36,716 nt of DNA. Source: a virus (taxonomy: Duplodnaviria > Caudoviricetes). This document shows positions 1 to 8,957 of this stretch, piece by piece. Location of the stretch: positions 1 to 36,716 of IMG/VR virus record IMGVR_UViG_3300032257_000545; one strand, given 5' to 3'. Positions within the stretch are counted from its first letter, which is position 1, and each line of letters opens with the position of its first letter. The translations under genes were made by a program, and so were the position numbers. The notes below the pieces were generated by a model. It had not been told where the DNA came from, ran no database searches, and worked only from the letters and a program-made list of their open reading frames with translations.

Positions 1-435
1 CTACGATGCAGCAAGCTTGCGCGGCGCTGCATGGTCAAGAATATGCCCGACTTCAGAGGCATTCTTTGTTTTCCAAAGCATACAGCCAAATGTAATAATA
101 CCGGTGATATTCTTATCCTTATCTTTGACAATCAGGCGATTTATCTGGTGCTCACGCATGAGGTCAGCCGCTTTTTCCAGTGCATCTTCTTCTAGGCAGC
201 TATGCACCTCACTGGTCATGCTATCTTTCACCTTGCTGTCTTTTGGATTGTCACCATTTGCCAGCGTGCGTAATACAATGTCGCGGTCAGTGATAATACC
301 AACGCAATGCTCTTTATCATCACCCACTGGTAATGCGCCGCAATCTATTTCCTTCATTTTTCGGGCTGCTGCCGTGATGTTATCATTGGGGCCGATAAAG
401 GCAGGGTCTTTTGTCATAATGTCTTTTACTTGCAT
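1..435 (-). CDS. Tandem CBS-domain (Bateman) protein
   Basis: VKDIMT...GALPV...VGIITDRDIV and VKDSMT...INRLIV...GIIT CBS repeats; AAGGAG RBS 7 nt upstream. Confidence 0.9.
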   Translation of the reverse strand: MQVKDIMTKDPAFIGPNDNITAAARKMKEIDCGALPVGDDKEHCVGIITDRDIVLRTLANGDNPKDSKVKDSMTSEVHSCLEEDALEKAADLMREHQINRLIVKDKDKNITGIITFGCMLWKTKNASEVGHILDHAAPRKLAAS

Positions 436-525
436 GGGATATCTCCTTGGTAGGTTAATAGCCGGAAACCCCGACCATAGGCTAAACTACCTCACCAAGC
501 TGAAACCTGACTGAAGGCAAAGAAT

Positions 526-1011
526 TTATAAAATGTAAAGCTGTACCTCTGCTTCTCTGCGCCGTATCAGACCACGCAACTTCCGGCCTCCAGCCCATAC
601 CCAGCGCATAAACTCGCGGGGAACTTCGCTATGCTCCTCCCGGTTCACTTTGCGGCGCAGGGTTGATCGTTGCAGAGCTCCAGAGCCAAGATTGAAAGTG
701 AAGGACACTAACGCATCGAACTGGCCATCGGTGAGCGGCACATTTATTAGTCTCAGGACAGCTTGTTCTGCGGACAGCACATCTTTTATCAGCAATGCTT
801 CTCCAGCTTCAGGGCTTATGCTATTTTTGAACATTTCGGCTTCTCCAGCACGTAGCAAATGCCCATAACCGATAGTCGGCAGACCCGCAGCATCGAGATA
901 TATTTTGGGTTCAAAACCTTCAAAACGCTTTATCAGGTTGATACCCTTTTCACTAATGGCGCGACATTTAGTCGCCCCATTCGGGCGTTCAAAGTGTGTG
1001 ACATGCCTCAT
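526..1011 (-). CDS. Phage lysozyme (GH24 endolysin)
   Basis: FEG-x-YLD-x-TIGYGH (E-x8-D-x5-T triad), QFDALVSFTFNLG, GLIRRREAE. Confidence 0.95.
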   Translation of the reverse strand: MRHVTHFERPNGATKCRAISEKGINLIKRFEGFEPKIYLDAAGLPTIGYGHLLRAGEAEMFKNSISPEAGEALLIKDVLSAEQAVLRLINVPLTDGQFDALVSFTFNLGSGALQRSTLRRKVNREEHSEVPREFMRWVWAGGRKLRGLIRRREAEVQLYIL

Positions 1012-1457
1012 TTCCCGCTCCGTACTTTGCTCATGGCACGTTGCCCGAAATAGAAGCTGATAATGCCAGCGAAGATTACCTGGTCCTCAACACTCCATAG
1101 AATATCCATGTGCCATGGCAGCGGGTTTCCTAGATCAACCATGCCGAATTGCATATATTTGACGGTGAAATAGAGCAGAAAAAAGGCGTAGGCTAATACT
1201 GGTCGTACCGTACCGTTGAGTGCGTCCACCCATTTTATGCCTGTATTGTAGGTTTTATAGAGGGCGCGGCTTTCGGAGATATCGGCCTGTACGTTGATTT
1301 CTTCTAACCGTTGGGCATGACCTTTTTCTTGCTGCGCCATCTGCATTTCCAAGATTACCAGCTCGTGCTTGCGGTCGGCAGAATCGCGCCACATTTTGAG
1401 AAAATCAGGAAAGGCAGCGCCCATAAACCCTATCAGTGATCCAAGTAATGTAATCAT
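1008..1457 (-). CDS. Putative holin (3TM GTA-release holin-like); start revised to MITLLG at 1457
   Basis: N-terminal hydrophobic segment, VRPVLAY, C-terminal IISFYFGQR; AGGAGG RBS before 1457; adjacent to lysozyme. Confidence 0.75.
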   Translation of the reverse strand: MITLLGSLIGFMGAAFPDFLKMWRDSADRKHELVILEMQMAQQEKGHAQRLEEINVQADISESRALYKTYNTGIKWVDALNGTVRPVLAYAFFLLYFTVKYMQFGMVDLGNPLPWHMDILWSVEDQVIFAGIISFYFGQRAMSKVRSGK

Positions 1458-1458
1458 A

Positions 1459-1713
1459 TCATCCTCCTGTTTGTATGATTTGTTTGATTCCCTGCCACAA
1501 TGCCACCAGCATTCCGGTGGCCGCTGCAGTGATGGCGGAGCGTTTTCCCCATTTGATAATTTCATCTGAGCCGGTACGTGATTTGCGTAGATAAACCATA
1601 TCGGCCTGCATTGTTGTTGGGTCTTCCGTATCAATTCCATAGCGAGTTAGTGCATCATCGATGCCTTCACGCACGGCGCAGCGCACGGTCTTTTTGAGTT
1701 CTTCATCGGTCAT
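1459..1713 (-). CDS. Small phage membrane protein with C-terminal TM segment (lysis region)
   Basis: 84 aa, hydrophobic SAITAAATGMLVALW; ATGA overlap with upstream gene. Confidence 0.65.
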   Translation of the reverse strand: MTDEELKKTVRCAVREGIDDALTRYGIDTEDPTTMQADMVYLRKSRTGSDEIIKWGKRSAITAAATGMLVALWQGIKQIIQTGG

Positions 1714-2492
1714 GATATTGCCTGTTTCTGTATTAAATATTGTTCGATTTGGTTGCGCTGTGATTCATCTAGCGATGCTGCGTAAATCAGCACATCACTT
1801 ATCCAGCCGATAAATGAACGTGAGCCGCTGGTATCGTCATTAAACAGGTAACCACCTGTTAGAAGCATTCCCGTGGAATCGGCAATATCGCTATCTACCA
1901 GTGCGCCATTTTTGTAAGTTTCAATATTTGTGCCGTCATAGATTGTGCTGGAAAGCACGGCATTATCATTGCCACTATTGAAGATTGCTCCGCCATTATA
2001 GGCAGTTGAACGGAGTACATCTGGTGTATCTCTGGTCTGTCTTATCGAGAAAACTGATTCGCCACTTGTTGCATCACCAAACGACATCGCAGCATTTAAA
2101 GCACTTCCAGTTGTTGGGTCGGGGGTGATAATATCGGCCTTCAAAACCATAAATATGGTGAAGGGATCGCCCACCGTAATGGGATGAGTGAAGTTTAATA
2201 TGCGGTTATTGCCATCACTTTTCAGGGCTGGGTTGCCATTGATTCCACTACTTACATAAGTTGGTTGCTTTGCGTTGTCAGATTGTATTGCGTGATTATT
2301 CAGACCTGATTTATCCAGCCATTTACTAACATTTCCGCTGCCATCTTTAATGATGTTGGCAAGGTTGGATGCTTCTAGCCAGAGCTTCAAATTTGGCACA
2401 TGTCTAGGGTCAAAACCTTGCGATAATATACCCTGAAATTCTGCTGCTAAAGCGTCATCGAAACTATGTTGATATCCATACGCATTGCTCAT
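1710..2492 (-). CDS. LamG/concanavalin-A-like lectin-fold virion protein, probable receptor-binding fibre domain
   Basis: LWLEAS...VSKWLDKSGLNNHAIQ...PTY and FIGWISDVLIY...IEQYL patterns; AGGAG RBS. Confidence 0.75.
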   Translation of the reverse strand: MSNAYGYQHSFDDALAAEFQGILSQGFDPRHVPNLKLWLEASNLANIIKDGSGNVSKWLDKSGLNNHAIQSDNAKQPTYVSSGINGNPALKSDGNNRILNFTHPITVGDPFTIFMVLKADIITPDPTTGSALNAAMSFGDATSGESVFSIRQTRDTPDVLRSTAYNGGAIFNSGNDNAVLSSTIYDGTNIETYKNGALVDSDIADSTGMLLTGGYLFNDDTSGSRSFIGWISDVLIYAASLDESQRNQIEQYLIQKQAIS

Positions 2493-2501
2493 AATTCTCT
2501 C

Positions 2502-3206
2502 CTACCAATTCCAAGGGCCACGCGGCTGTAGATATTGCATTGTGGTGCGAATCACCCCTCCGGTGAAGTTTGCGCCGTTGGCGGTTAGGCGAACGGCTGT
2601 ATCTGAATAAAAAGCTGTTGGGCCGATGATGCCGATATTGGTGGAATCCTGCCCGATGCCGATTGAGCCACCGAATTTGCCAGTTTCACCGCTAATACCG
2701 ACATCGAAAGAAGTTGCACCAGTCACTGCTGTCAGCACACGCACGTTGACGGTAAGCAAAATGGAGCGGTTCGGGACGGTAATGGTGGTGTCGACAAATG
2801 CTCCTGAGCTTACAGTCACATCCTCCTGCTGATGACCAACGCGCAGATATTCGCCTGTATCCTTCATGATCAGGCCGAAGGGAATCCAGCCAGAGCCATC
2901 GTAAGCCATGCGAGAATCCAGCGATTCCACCACTGCATCCATCCACTTAAACGGTGTGTAAAATATCCAGCCACCCGTGAGATATTGAGCAATATTATTA
3001 TTCTGCCCGACAAATACACCTGTTGGAGATGTGCCAACAATCACCAGATCACCCGCCGCAGGACTGCCCGGCGGTGTATCGGTGAGATCAGCCACCACTG
3101 GTGTAACGAACGCATCAAGGCGGTTGAGAGAGTCGTTGTGGGTTACTTCTTTTTGGGCTTGGCTCGTAACAATATACGGCAAGCCCAGCCTTCCGCTCTG
3201 GGACAT
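2502..3206 (-). CDS. DUF2793-family tail fibre/adaptor protein
   Basis: LGLPYIVTSQAQKEVTHNDSLNRLDA N-terminus and GGWIFYTP; follows the baseplate megatron. Confidence 0.8.
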   Translation of the reverse strand: MSQSGRLGLPYIVTSQAQKEVTHNDSLNRLDAFVTPVVADLTDTPPGSPAAGDLVIVGTSPTGVFVGQNNNIAQYLTGGWIFYTPFKWMDAVVESLDSRMAYDGSGWIPFGLIMKDTGEYLRVGHQQEDVTVSSGAFVDTTITVPNRSILLTVNVRVLTAVTGATSFDVGISGETGKFGGSIGIGQDSTNIGIIGPTAFYSDTAVRLTANGANFTGGVIRTTMQYLQPRGPWNW

Positions 3207-3228
3207 GATATTCTCCTAGTTTTAATGA

Positions 3229-6200
3229 TTAAATAGTTGCGCTGGTGGCGTAGCCTCGGCCTACCACCGCCGACATTTGGTAAATATTCACATCCACACT
3301 GCTTTGAGTGCTACCGAAGTCGGTCGTTTGATCTGCGGCGCTGTATGCAGCGGTTGGACTGGTAATCTCGATGGTTCGCACCACGTTGCTGCCATTGAGG
3401 ATATCTACTTCATACGCCTCTGATTCTTCACCGAGCGGAATACCAACGCCATCACGCCATTCACCATCAACACGAGAGCGGCGAATCCAATTGATAGTTA
3501 GATTTGCTGAACCGTCACGGCTTCCACTCACATGCACTGGAGAGAAGGGTTTCAGGTTATTACCAAGATAGGTGAAGCTGGTCTCACTTGTATTGCCCAG
3601 CGAATTACCAACGCTCACCGTTTTGTAAAACAACTCCCGCCCGATTAGATTATTGGCGATTGCGGTGGTGTAAAGCGCAGGCGTAATCATCACAAATCGT
3701 TCGCCCACCACATGGCTGCCGATTGCCCATTCTGTTCCTTGCCTGCCACGAAGTAATTTAGTGAGTTTGTATGTGCTTTCGCCAATCAATACGGCATTTT
3801 GGAATTGAACCATCTCGCCACCAATTAAAGCAGCGTTTGCACCGTTTAACACTGCTAATTCACTGACAGAAGCGAGGCTTCCAGAGGTCAAAACAACTTC
3901 GACTTCATTGACTAAATCCCAGCTTTTAAACGAACCATCTGGCAGGTTGGTAGTAATAGTTCCGAACGTAGCCGCCCCATCAAGACCAGCCAGCACGTTG
4001 AATGTATTGCCCCCAGCTTCGCCACCATCATCGGATCGATATATTGCTGCGCCATTCCAATTTGCACCATCGGCAGCAACACCAATTCGCAGCAAACCTT
4101 GATTCAGTGTGTCTGTTGGCAAAGGGGGAGCATCAATAAATTGTGCAATTGTATCTGGCACAAGGACAGGCGGTGTTAGGTTTTTAGCGGTTTCTCCAGC
4201 TGCTGTGTAAAAGTCGTATGAGCTGATATCCTCGGCAATAGCAGAGATTTTCATCACGCCATTGGCTTCCATATCAGTTTTTTGCACCCGCATTTCGTGA
4301 GCAACGCCCAAAACCGTAACGGTTATTACATCGGTCGGCTCAATCCTCACATATTGCGGTGGCAGCTTTAGGGCAAAAGATGTTCGTTCTTTCCACGCGC
4401 TATAGAGCGTAACATCAGCTATCTTTTTGGCCTGCGTTGCACCCATCACAATCGGTAAATTCATCGTCACCTGATCCACCGCTTTGACCACCTGACGCTG
4501 TGAAGTTTGCGTTACTGGATCGTAGTTGAAAGGCCGATCTATATAGGTAACATTCACCCGCTGTGGCAATTCCAACTCCTGTGCTCGGACGATTTCCAAT
4601 ACATCCTGCACATCCTTTTTCTTGGATGGAATCAGATCATCTTCTGATATAGATTTCACTGATTCATTGCCACGCGGCACGCATTTTAGAATGCCATCGC
4701 TTTCCACCACATCGAAGAAAAATGAGGTAGTGAGATATTCCAGCGCATTGCGGACGGTAATCGGACTACTAAGAATAAACCCTTCCACCGTATCGGTTAG
4801 CCTCGTCACATCATAATCTGAAGCACTTAAACCAGCCGCCTGAAACAGTTCCGCTACAATTGCACCCAGCGTAGAATTGCCGAGTTTACCTTGCACCCAA
4901 TGGCCTGTATTCCATAAAACAGAGTCCTGCCAAACACCTTCTAAATCAGGCCAGAAAGAGAATGGACGAGCATCCCATGTCCATATAAATCTTCGTGCAA
5001 CTAGTCCTGTATTGCCAGATATTTGTTCTCGAGTATCAAGATAATCAAGCGTGGCATTAAGTGCCTCACGTTGTGCCTGAAAGTCAATGCGTCCCTTGCT
5101 TCCACGAGGAAAAAAGCTCTCGCTTGAGGTGGGGTCAAAAAATACATTGGGCTGGTTAGCGCAGCTATCAACGGATGGAAAACCAAACTCCGTAAACCAC
5201 ACAGGCTTCATTTTTGCCGTCCAGCCAGTGGTGCTTAAATCAGGATTGGTGTGAGTATTTTTCCACCAATATTCCAAGTTTTTCCATGCAAATTTAGCAT
5301 CGCTATAATTGGTTTTGCCTGTGCGATTGACAGAATCTGCGTAATAATAATCCCATCCTTCGCCAGATTCCCAGCCATCTGTTATGGATTGTTCATCAAT
5401 TTGAATCTGTGGCAAATCATCAGTAAGTGGAAAATAGGAATCAATCCCCACAAAATCGATATTCGCACTTGCCCATAGCGGATCAAGATTAAACCAGCCG
5501 CCTGTTGAGTGATACTCGCTCCAATCAGCGGCATAGGTTATTTGTGTGCTGCCACCCATTATGGCTTTCACTGTTGCTGCTAAAGTCACCAGCTGATTGA
5601 CTGCTGGGTAATTTCCAGCCACATCACTGTAACCAGTCATACCGACCAATTCCGAGCCGACCACAAACGCATCTACCTTACCAACCAGCAAATTGGCGTA
5701 ATGAGTTATAAACGCATTATAGCCGTTGGTTTTTGTGAACCAGTTATTTGCATCGGTTGCGTTACTAGGCACAATCCGCCCACGCCATGGTTTCGGGTCT
5801 GGTGTCAGCTCATCAACAAATGGCATCGGATAAAGCATCACATTCAAGCCACGAGATTTTAGCTCGGCACAAATATCAACCACGGTATTATCGCTAGGAG
5901 TTCCGCCATAAGTCGGAGTTTCTGGGTCGATAAAAAGCACTAACTGTGCGGATGCCCGATTAATTCCAGCCACGCTCCAGTCGCTAGGTAATACTTGCGT
6001 TGTGCCTTGAAATTCCACCTTCGGAACAATATTGCATGTGCCTGCATCGGTAGACGTTGCAAACCAAGTCACCACCACCGCCACCCATTCAAGATTTGGT
6101 AGCACATTAAGCATCTGATCAATGGCAACGACAGCGTCAGCTTTGCCCTCATAATTATGCATATTTATGGTATTTTTATCACCTGATGGCGTAAATGAGC

Positions 6201-6966
6201 TGCCGATAAATGCGCCATCTTGTTTGGTGGCAATGTTTGTTCCGTAGACAAATTCTCCAGCTCCAGGGATAAGAATCATATCCTTGATTTTATCCTCAAT
6301 GCTTGGAGTAAACTTAACTGTACGGCGTATTTCAAAGGTAAAATTAGGGATGCGATTGCCGTATTCTGCCAGTGGAAAATCCTCAATCACCACATACGCC
6401 ATACCACGATAGGCAGAGATTGTTCCTGCTGTGAGGTATTTAGACATGATATCGTCAATAAGTTGATCCTCATCGCCAAAATGCACATTATATTTACCCT
6501 GCGCAGCAGAAAGTACGTCCTCGGTCAGCACTTTACTATCTGCCCAAACACGAATCACCTCGTCAATCGGCCCTTCACACAAAGCGATCGCCAGCGTGAT
6601 GAAATATTCATAAGTGACGGTGGTTTGGCTGGTCGTAGTTTTACCTCCACCGCCTTTTCCGCCACCACCAGTTTGGGTGCTGGTTTTCTCAGTTTTTACC
6701 TCCTTGATATCAGTTGCCCAGATGACATTGCCAGCAATGCGCATTGTGCCATAAACTTTGGAAATCATATTGCCATAAGTCGCAGTTTGAGCACGCAAAT
6801 CAGCCAGCCGTGGGCCTTCTTGGGTTGGCAATTGGATACGTTGAGTTTTGGCAAAAAATGCTCCAGCAGCCATTCCTCCAAGGTTTGCACCAAGGATAGC
6901 TCCTTGTGGACCGCCCAACACAAAACCAACCGCACCACCAACTACGGGTAAAACTATATCTGCCAT
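3229..6966 (-). CDS. GTA-type baseplate megatron / host-specificity protein (TIM-barrel-like plus tail domains)
   Basis: 1245 aa; EGPRLADL, AYRGMAYVV, GNRIPNFTFE, YAADWSEY, KPVWFTEFG, WTWDARPF, GHWVQGKLG, LLRGRQGTE. Confidence 0.9.
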   Translation of the reverse strand: MADIVLPVVGGAVGFVLGGPQGAILGANLGGMAAGAFFAKTQRIQLPTQEGPRLADLRAQTATYGNMISKVYGTMRIAGNVIWATDIKEVKTEKTSTQTGGGGKGGGGKTTTSQTTVTYEYFITLAIALCEGPIDEVIRVWADSKVLTEDVLSAAQGKYNVHFGDEDQLIDDIMSKYLTAGTISAYRGMAYVVIEDFPLAEYGNRIPNFTFEIRRTVKFTPSIEDKIKDMILIPGAGEFVYGTNIATKQDGAFIGSSFTPSGDKNTINMHNYEGKADAVVAIDQMLNVLPNLEWVAVVVTWFATSTDAGTCNIVPKVEFQGTTQVLPSDWSVAGINRASAQLVLFIDPETPTYGGTPSDNTVVDICAELKSRGLNVMLYPMPFVDELTPDPKPWRGRIVPSNATDANNWFTKTNGYNAFITHYANLLVGKVDAFVVGSELVGMTGYSDVAGNYPAVNQLVTLAATVKAIMGGSTQITYAADWSEYHSTGGWFNLDPLWASANIDFVGIDSYFPLTDDLPQIQIDEQSITDGWESGEGWDYYYADSVNRTGKTNYSDAKFAWKNLEYWWKNTHTNPDLSTTGWTAKMKPVWFTEFGFPSVDSCANQPNVFFDPTSSESFFPRGSKGRIDFQAQREALNATLDYLDTREQISGNTGLVARRFIWTWDARPFSFWPDLEGVWQDSVLWNTGHWVQGKLGNSTLGAIVAELFQAAGLSASDYDVTRLTDTVEGFILSSPITVRNALEYLTTSFFFDVVESDGILKCVPRGNESVKSISEDDLIPSKKKDVQDVLEIVRAQELELPQRVNVTYIDRPFNYDPVTQTSQRQVVKAVDQVTMNLPIVMGATQAKKIADVTLYSAWKERTSFALKLPPQYVRIEPTDVITVTVLGVAHEMRVQKTDMEANGVMKISAIAEDISSYDFYTAAGETAKNLTPPVLVPDTIAQFIDAPPLPTDTLNQGLLRIGVAADGANWNGAAIYRSDDGGEAGGNTFNVLAGLDGAATFGTITTNLPDGSFKSWDLVNEVEVVLTSGSLASVSELAVLNGANAALIGGEMVQFQNAVLIGESTYKLTKLLRGRQGTEWAIGSHVVGERFVMITPALYTTAIANNLIGRELFYKTVSVGNSLGNTSETSFTYLGNNLKPFSPVHVSGSRDGSANLTINWIRRSRVDGEWRDGVGIPLGEESEAYEVDILNGSNVVRTIEITSPTAAYSAADQTTDFGSTQSSVDVNIYQMSAVVGRGYATSATI

Positions 6967-6972
6967 ATTTTT

Positions 6973-7485
6973 CTACTTAATCGATTTGAGTTGTTTGTTT
7001 TTGAAGCGATAAATGTGGGTGAGCATTCGCTTCCATGTTTCTGTGAGAGGCTGCTCCACCACCTTGCCAGCACTGGAATTGCAATGAATCAGCCCATATT
7101 GAATTGGCGCACCTTCGTGCGCGGGGCCACCGCTCGGATATTCAGATAACAAACCAACATGCTGAGGATCTTTGAATGTTTTGAACAGCAACACATCACC
7201 GACTTGCATTTTATCCCGAGGAGCTTCTCGTAGATGCTGATGGATGCTGCCAACCAGCCGACCATTTTCTGGATGCATGGAGTAATTTGTTTCATCGGCA
7301 TGAACCAGTAAATTGCCATCCCCATCATGAATCCCTAACTCATCAATGATGCCAATCACCAGCCCGATACAATCCACACCACCACCACCACGGCTAGATT
7401 TTTTAAGCCGCCCCTGATGATGATATTTCGTGCCAAGCCAAGTGCGTGCTTGGTCGATAATCTGTTGTTGCTTAATTTTAGTCAT
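6973..7485 (-). CDS. NlpC/P60 cell-wall peptidase (GTA baseplate type)
   Basis: ARTWLGTKYHHQGR, GVDCIGL (catalytic Cys), HVGL (His); position between hub and megatron. Confidence 0.9.
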   Translation of the reverse strand: MTKIKQQQIIDQARTWLGTKYHHQGRLKKSSRGGGGVDCIGLVIGIIDELGIHDGDGNLLVHADETNYSMHPENGRLVGSIHQHLREAPRDKMQVGDVLLFKTFKDPQHVGLLSEYPSGGPAHEGAPIQYGLIHCNSSAGKVVEQPLTETWKRMLTHIYRFKNKQLKSIK

Positions 7486-8341
7486 TTCTACCTGTCTTAT
7501 CTAGAGTTCCTGCGGTGGTGAGGAGTTTATCAACACCAGGAATATCTGGTTCTCCTCTAAAATTGATGATGTTGCTGAATTTGCTCTGGCATGTTTTACG
7601 GGTTTTATCGCAGCCCGTAACGATGTTAAAACCATCACCAACTTGAATGCTCTTGCCCATCAGAAGTGCCAGCACCACCTGTGTGCTTGCGAATTCTTTG
7701 ACTTCCATTCTACGACCAGAATTATTGCCGGATGTCCACACCACCTCGCCACCAGTGAACCAAAAAGCAGCTTCGCTCAAGACACTTGCTTTGAATGTTT
7801 GATTGTTGGTAATTTCAGTAACGGTTGCGGATACGGTAAAACTAGCCACCGCCACCTTGCAGCGAGAATCTCCCAATATCGCCCTGCAAGATGGAGAAAA
7901 AATCTCGCCGATAGTTTGTGACAGATGCTGCGTTAATCCCCGAACTTCCGCCTGAAACATCTGCTGGTTGATAGTGACTTCACCCAACCTCCCACGTTTG
8001 ACTATCAATTTTCCTTGGCTCAAATCCTCATAATTAACGATGAATATTTCAATCTCGGCATAGTCATATAGCCCAGCCAGCAGCTCTTCCTCGGTGATTT
8101 TGGTTGAGAATGTTTGCCCTTCCAAATCAAGATTATCAACTGACATATTGCTTTTGCTTTCCACCGTAGTTGGCGTAAATCCAGCGATTGAGTCGTAAAT
8201 CACACCGCCGAAAGTGAGTGCGGCATCATGATCGGTAAAGCCAAGTTCAATTCCATCGGTGCGAGTGATATGCCAACAGGTCGCGAGTGTTTGCAGTTCA
8301 CCCGCAAAATGCGCTTCTAATTCTGGGCTGATATTTTTCAT
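7478..8341 (-). CDS. DUF2163 / BR0599-type baseplate hub protein; start revised to MKNISP at 8341
   Basis: LATCWHITRTDG...GFTDHD, SPSCRAILGDSRC, GCDK...CQSKFSNIINFRGEP. Confidence 0.88.
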   Translation of the reverse strand: MKNISPELEAHFAGELQTLATCWHITRTDGIELGFTDHDAALTFGGVIYDSIAGFTPTTVESKSNMSVDNLDLEGQTFSTKITEEELLAGLYDYAEIEIFIVNYEDLSQGKLIVKRGRLGEVTINQQMFQAEVRGLTQHLSQTIGEIFSPSCRAILGDSRCKVAVASFTVSATVTEITNNQTFKASVLSEAAFWFTGGEVVWTSGNNSGRRMEVKEFASTQVVLALLMGKSIQVGDGFNIVTGCDKTRKTCQSKFSNIINFRGEPDIPGVDKLLTTAGTLDKTGRND

Positions 8342-8355
8342 AATATTGTAAATCC

Positions 8356-8383
8356 TTGCATTTTTCTCTATTTCTTCTATACT
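8356..8383 (+). promoter_or_regulatory. Sigma70-like promoter of the membrane moron (probably leaderless)
   Basis: TTGCAT (8356-61), 16 bp spacer, TATACT (8378-83); ATG at 8391. Confidence 0.55.
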
Positions 8384-8390
8384 TAACCGC

Positions 8391-8957
8391 ATGTTGAAAA
8401 CAAACCACAAACCCAAGAAACAAGTGCTCATTAAGTTCCTACTGCTATGTGGGCTGCTTATTGGTTATTTTGCGTATCTCAGTTATGAATACGACTTGCT
8501 GACAGGTGGTGTTGCTGCACTGCTGACCTGGAGTTTCTTTGTTCTCTGCACGCCCGTTGCTGATGCTGGATTCCTGTTGGATTTTCCTCTGCGCTTGCTG
8601 TTTGGTATTCGCATGGTTATTTCAGAGGTAGCGGTCTGGGCGATTGCTATCTTGGCTAATGTGCTGACATGGCATTATGCTGCTGACTATTACGACACCA
8701 CCATCATAACCAAACTCTTGCACCAGATTATTGTAACGCCATACCCTTATTGGGGAGTAGTGCTGTTATCCGGTGTTGGCACGTTTCTTTCCATCCGCTT
8801 TGGTGATGAGCTTATGGACGTGATTCATCATCGTGACCGTAATTTTTTCCATTCCCATCATTTTAAGCATGAACTCATCTTGGTAGCTTTCTTTGTGATG
8901 GTTCTTTTTGGTTATTATGAACTGATAAGTTCACTTGGAATTAACGCGGATTTATAA
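8391..8957 (+). CDS. Multi-pass membrane protein with His-rich loop (moron, antisense to tail operon)
   Basis: About 5 hydrophobic segments; HHRDRNFFHSHHFKH; fills the gap between two baseplate genes. Confidence 0.8.
   Translation: MLKTNHKPKKQVLIKFLLLCGLLIGYFAYLSYEYDLLTGGVAALLTWSFFVLCTPVADAGFLLDFPLRLLFGIRMVISEVAVWAIAILANVLTWHYAADYYDTTIITKLLHQIIVTPYPYWGVVLLSGVGTFLSIRFGDELMDVIHHRDRNFFHSHHFKHELILVAFFVMVLFGYYELISSLGINADL

Noticed and set aside
1458-1640. N-terminal extensions in the ORF track (holin, hub, capsid, portal, RuvC-like, 163 aa ORF)
   Set aside because: They overlap upstream genes or spacers; downstream Met codons have better RBS and family-like N-termini
1710-3206. Diversity-generating retroelement or invertible tail-fibre cassette
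   Set aside because: No reverse transcriptase, template/variable repeat pair or nearby invertase seen
5000-5005. Fourth ACTAGT site in the megatron gene
   Set aside because: Flanks are not palindromic and the reading frame differs; treated as background
6220-6951. Long plus-strand ORFs (also 17-514, 10110-10709, 19031-19585, 20648-21226, 27270-27872)
   Set aside because: Antisense shadows of well-supported minus-strand genes with no protein-like motifs
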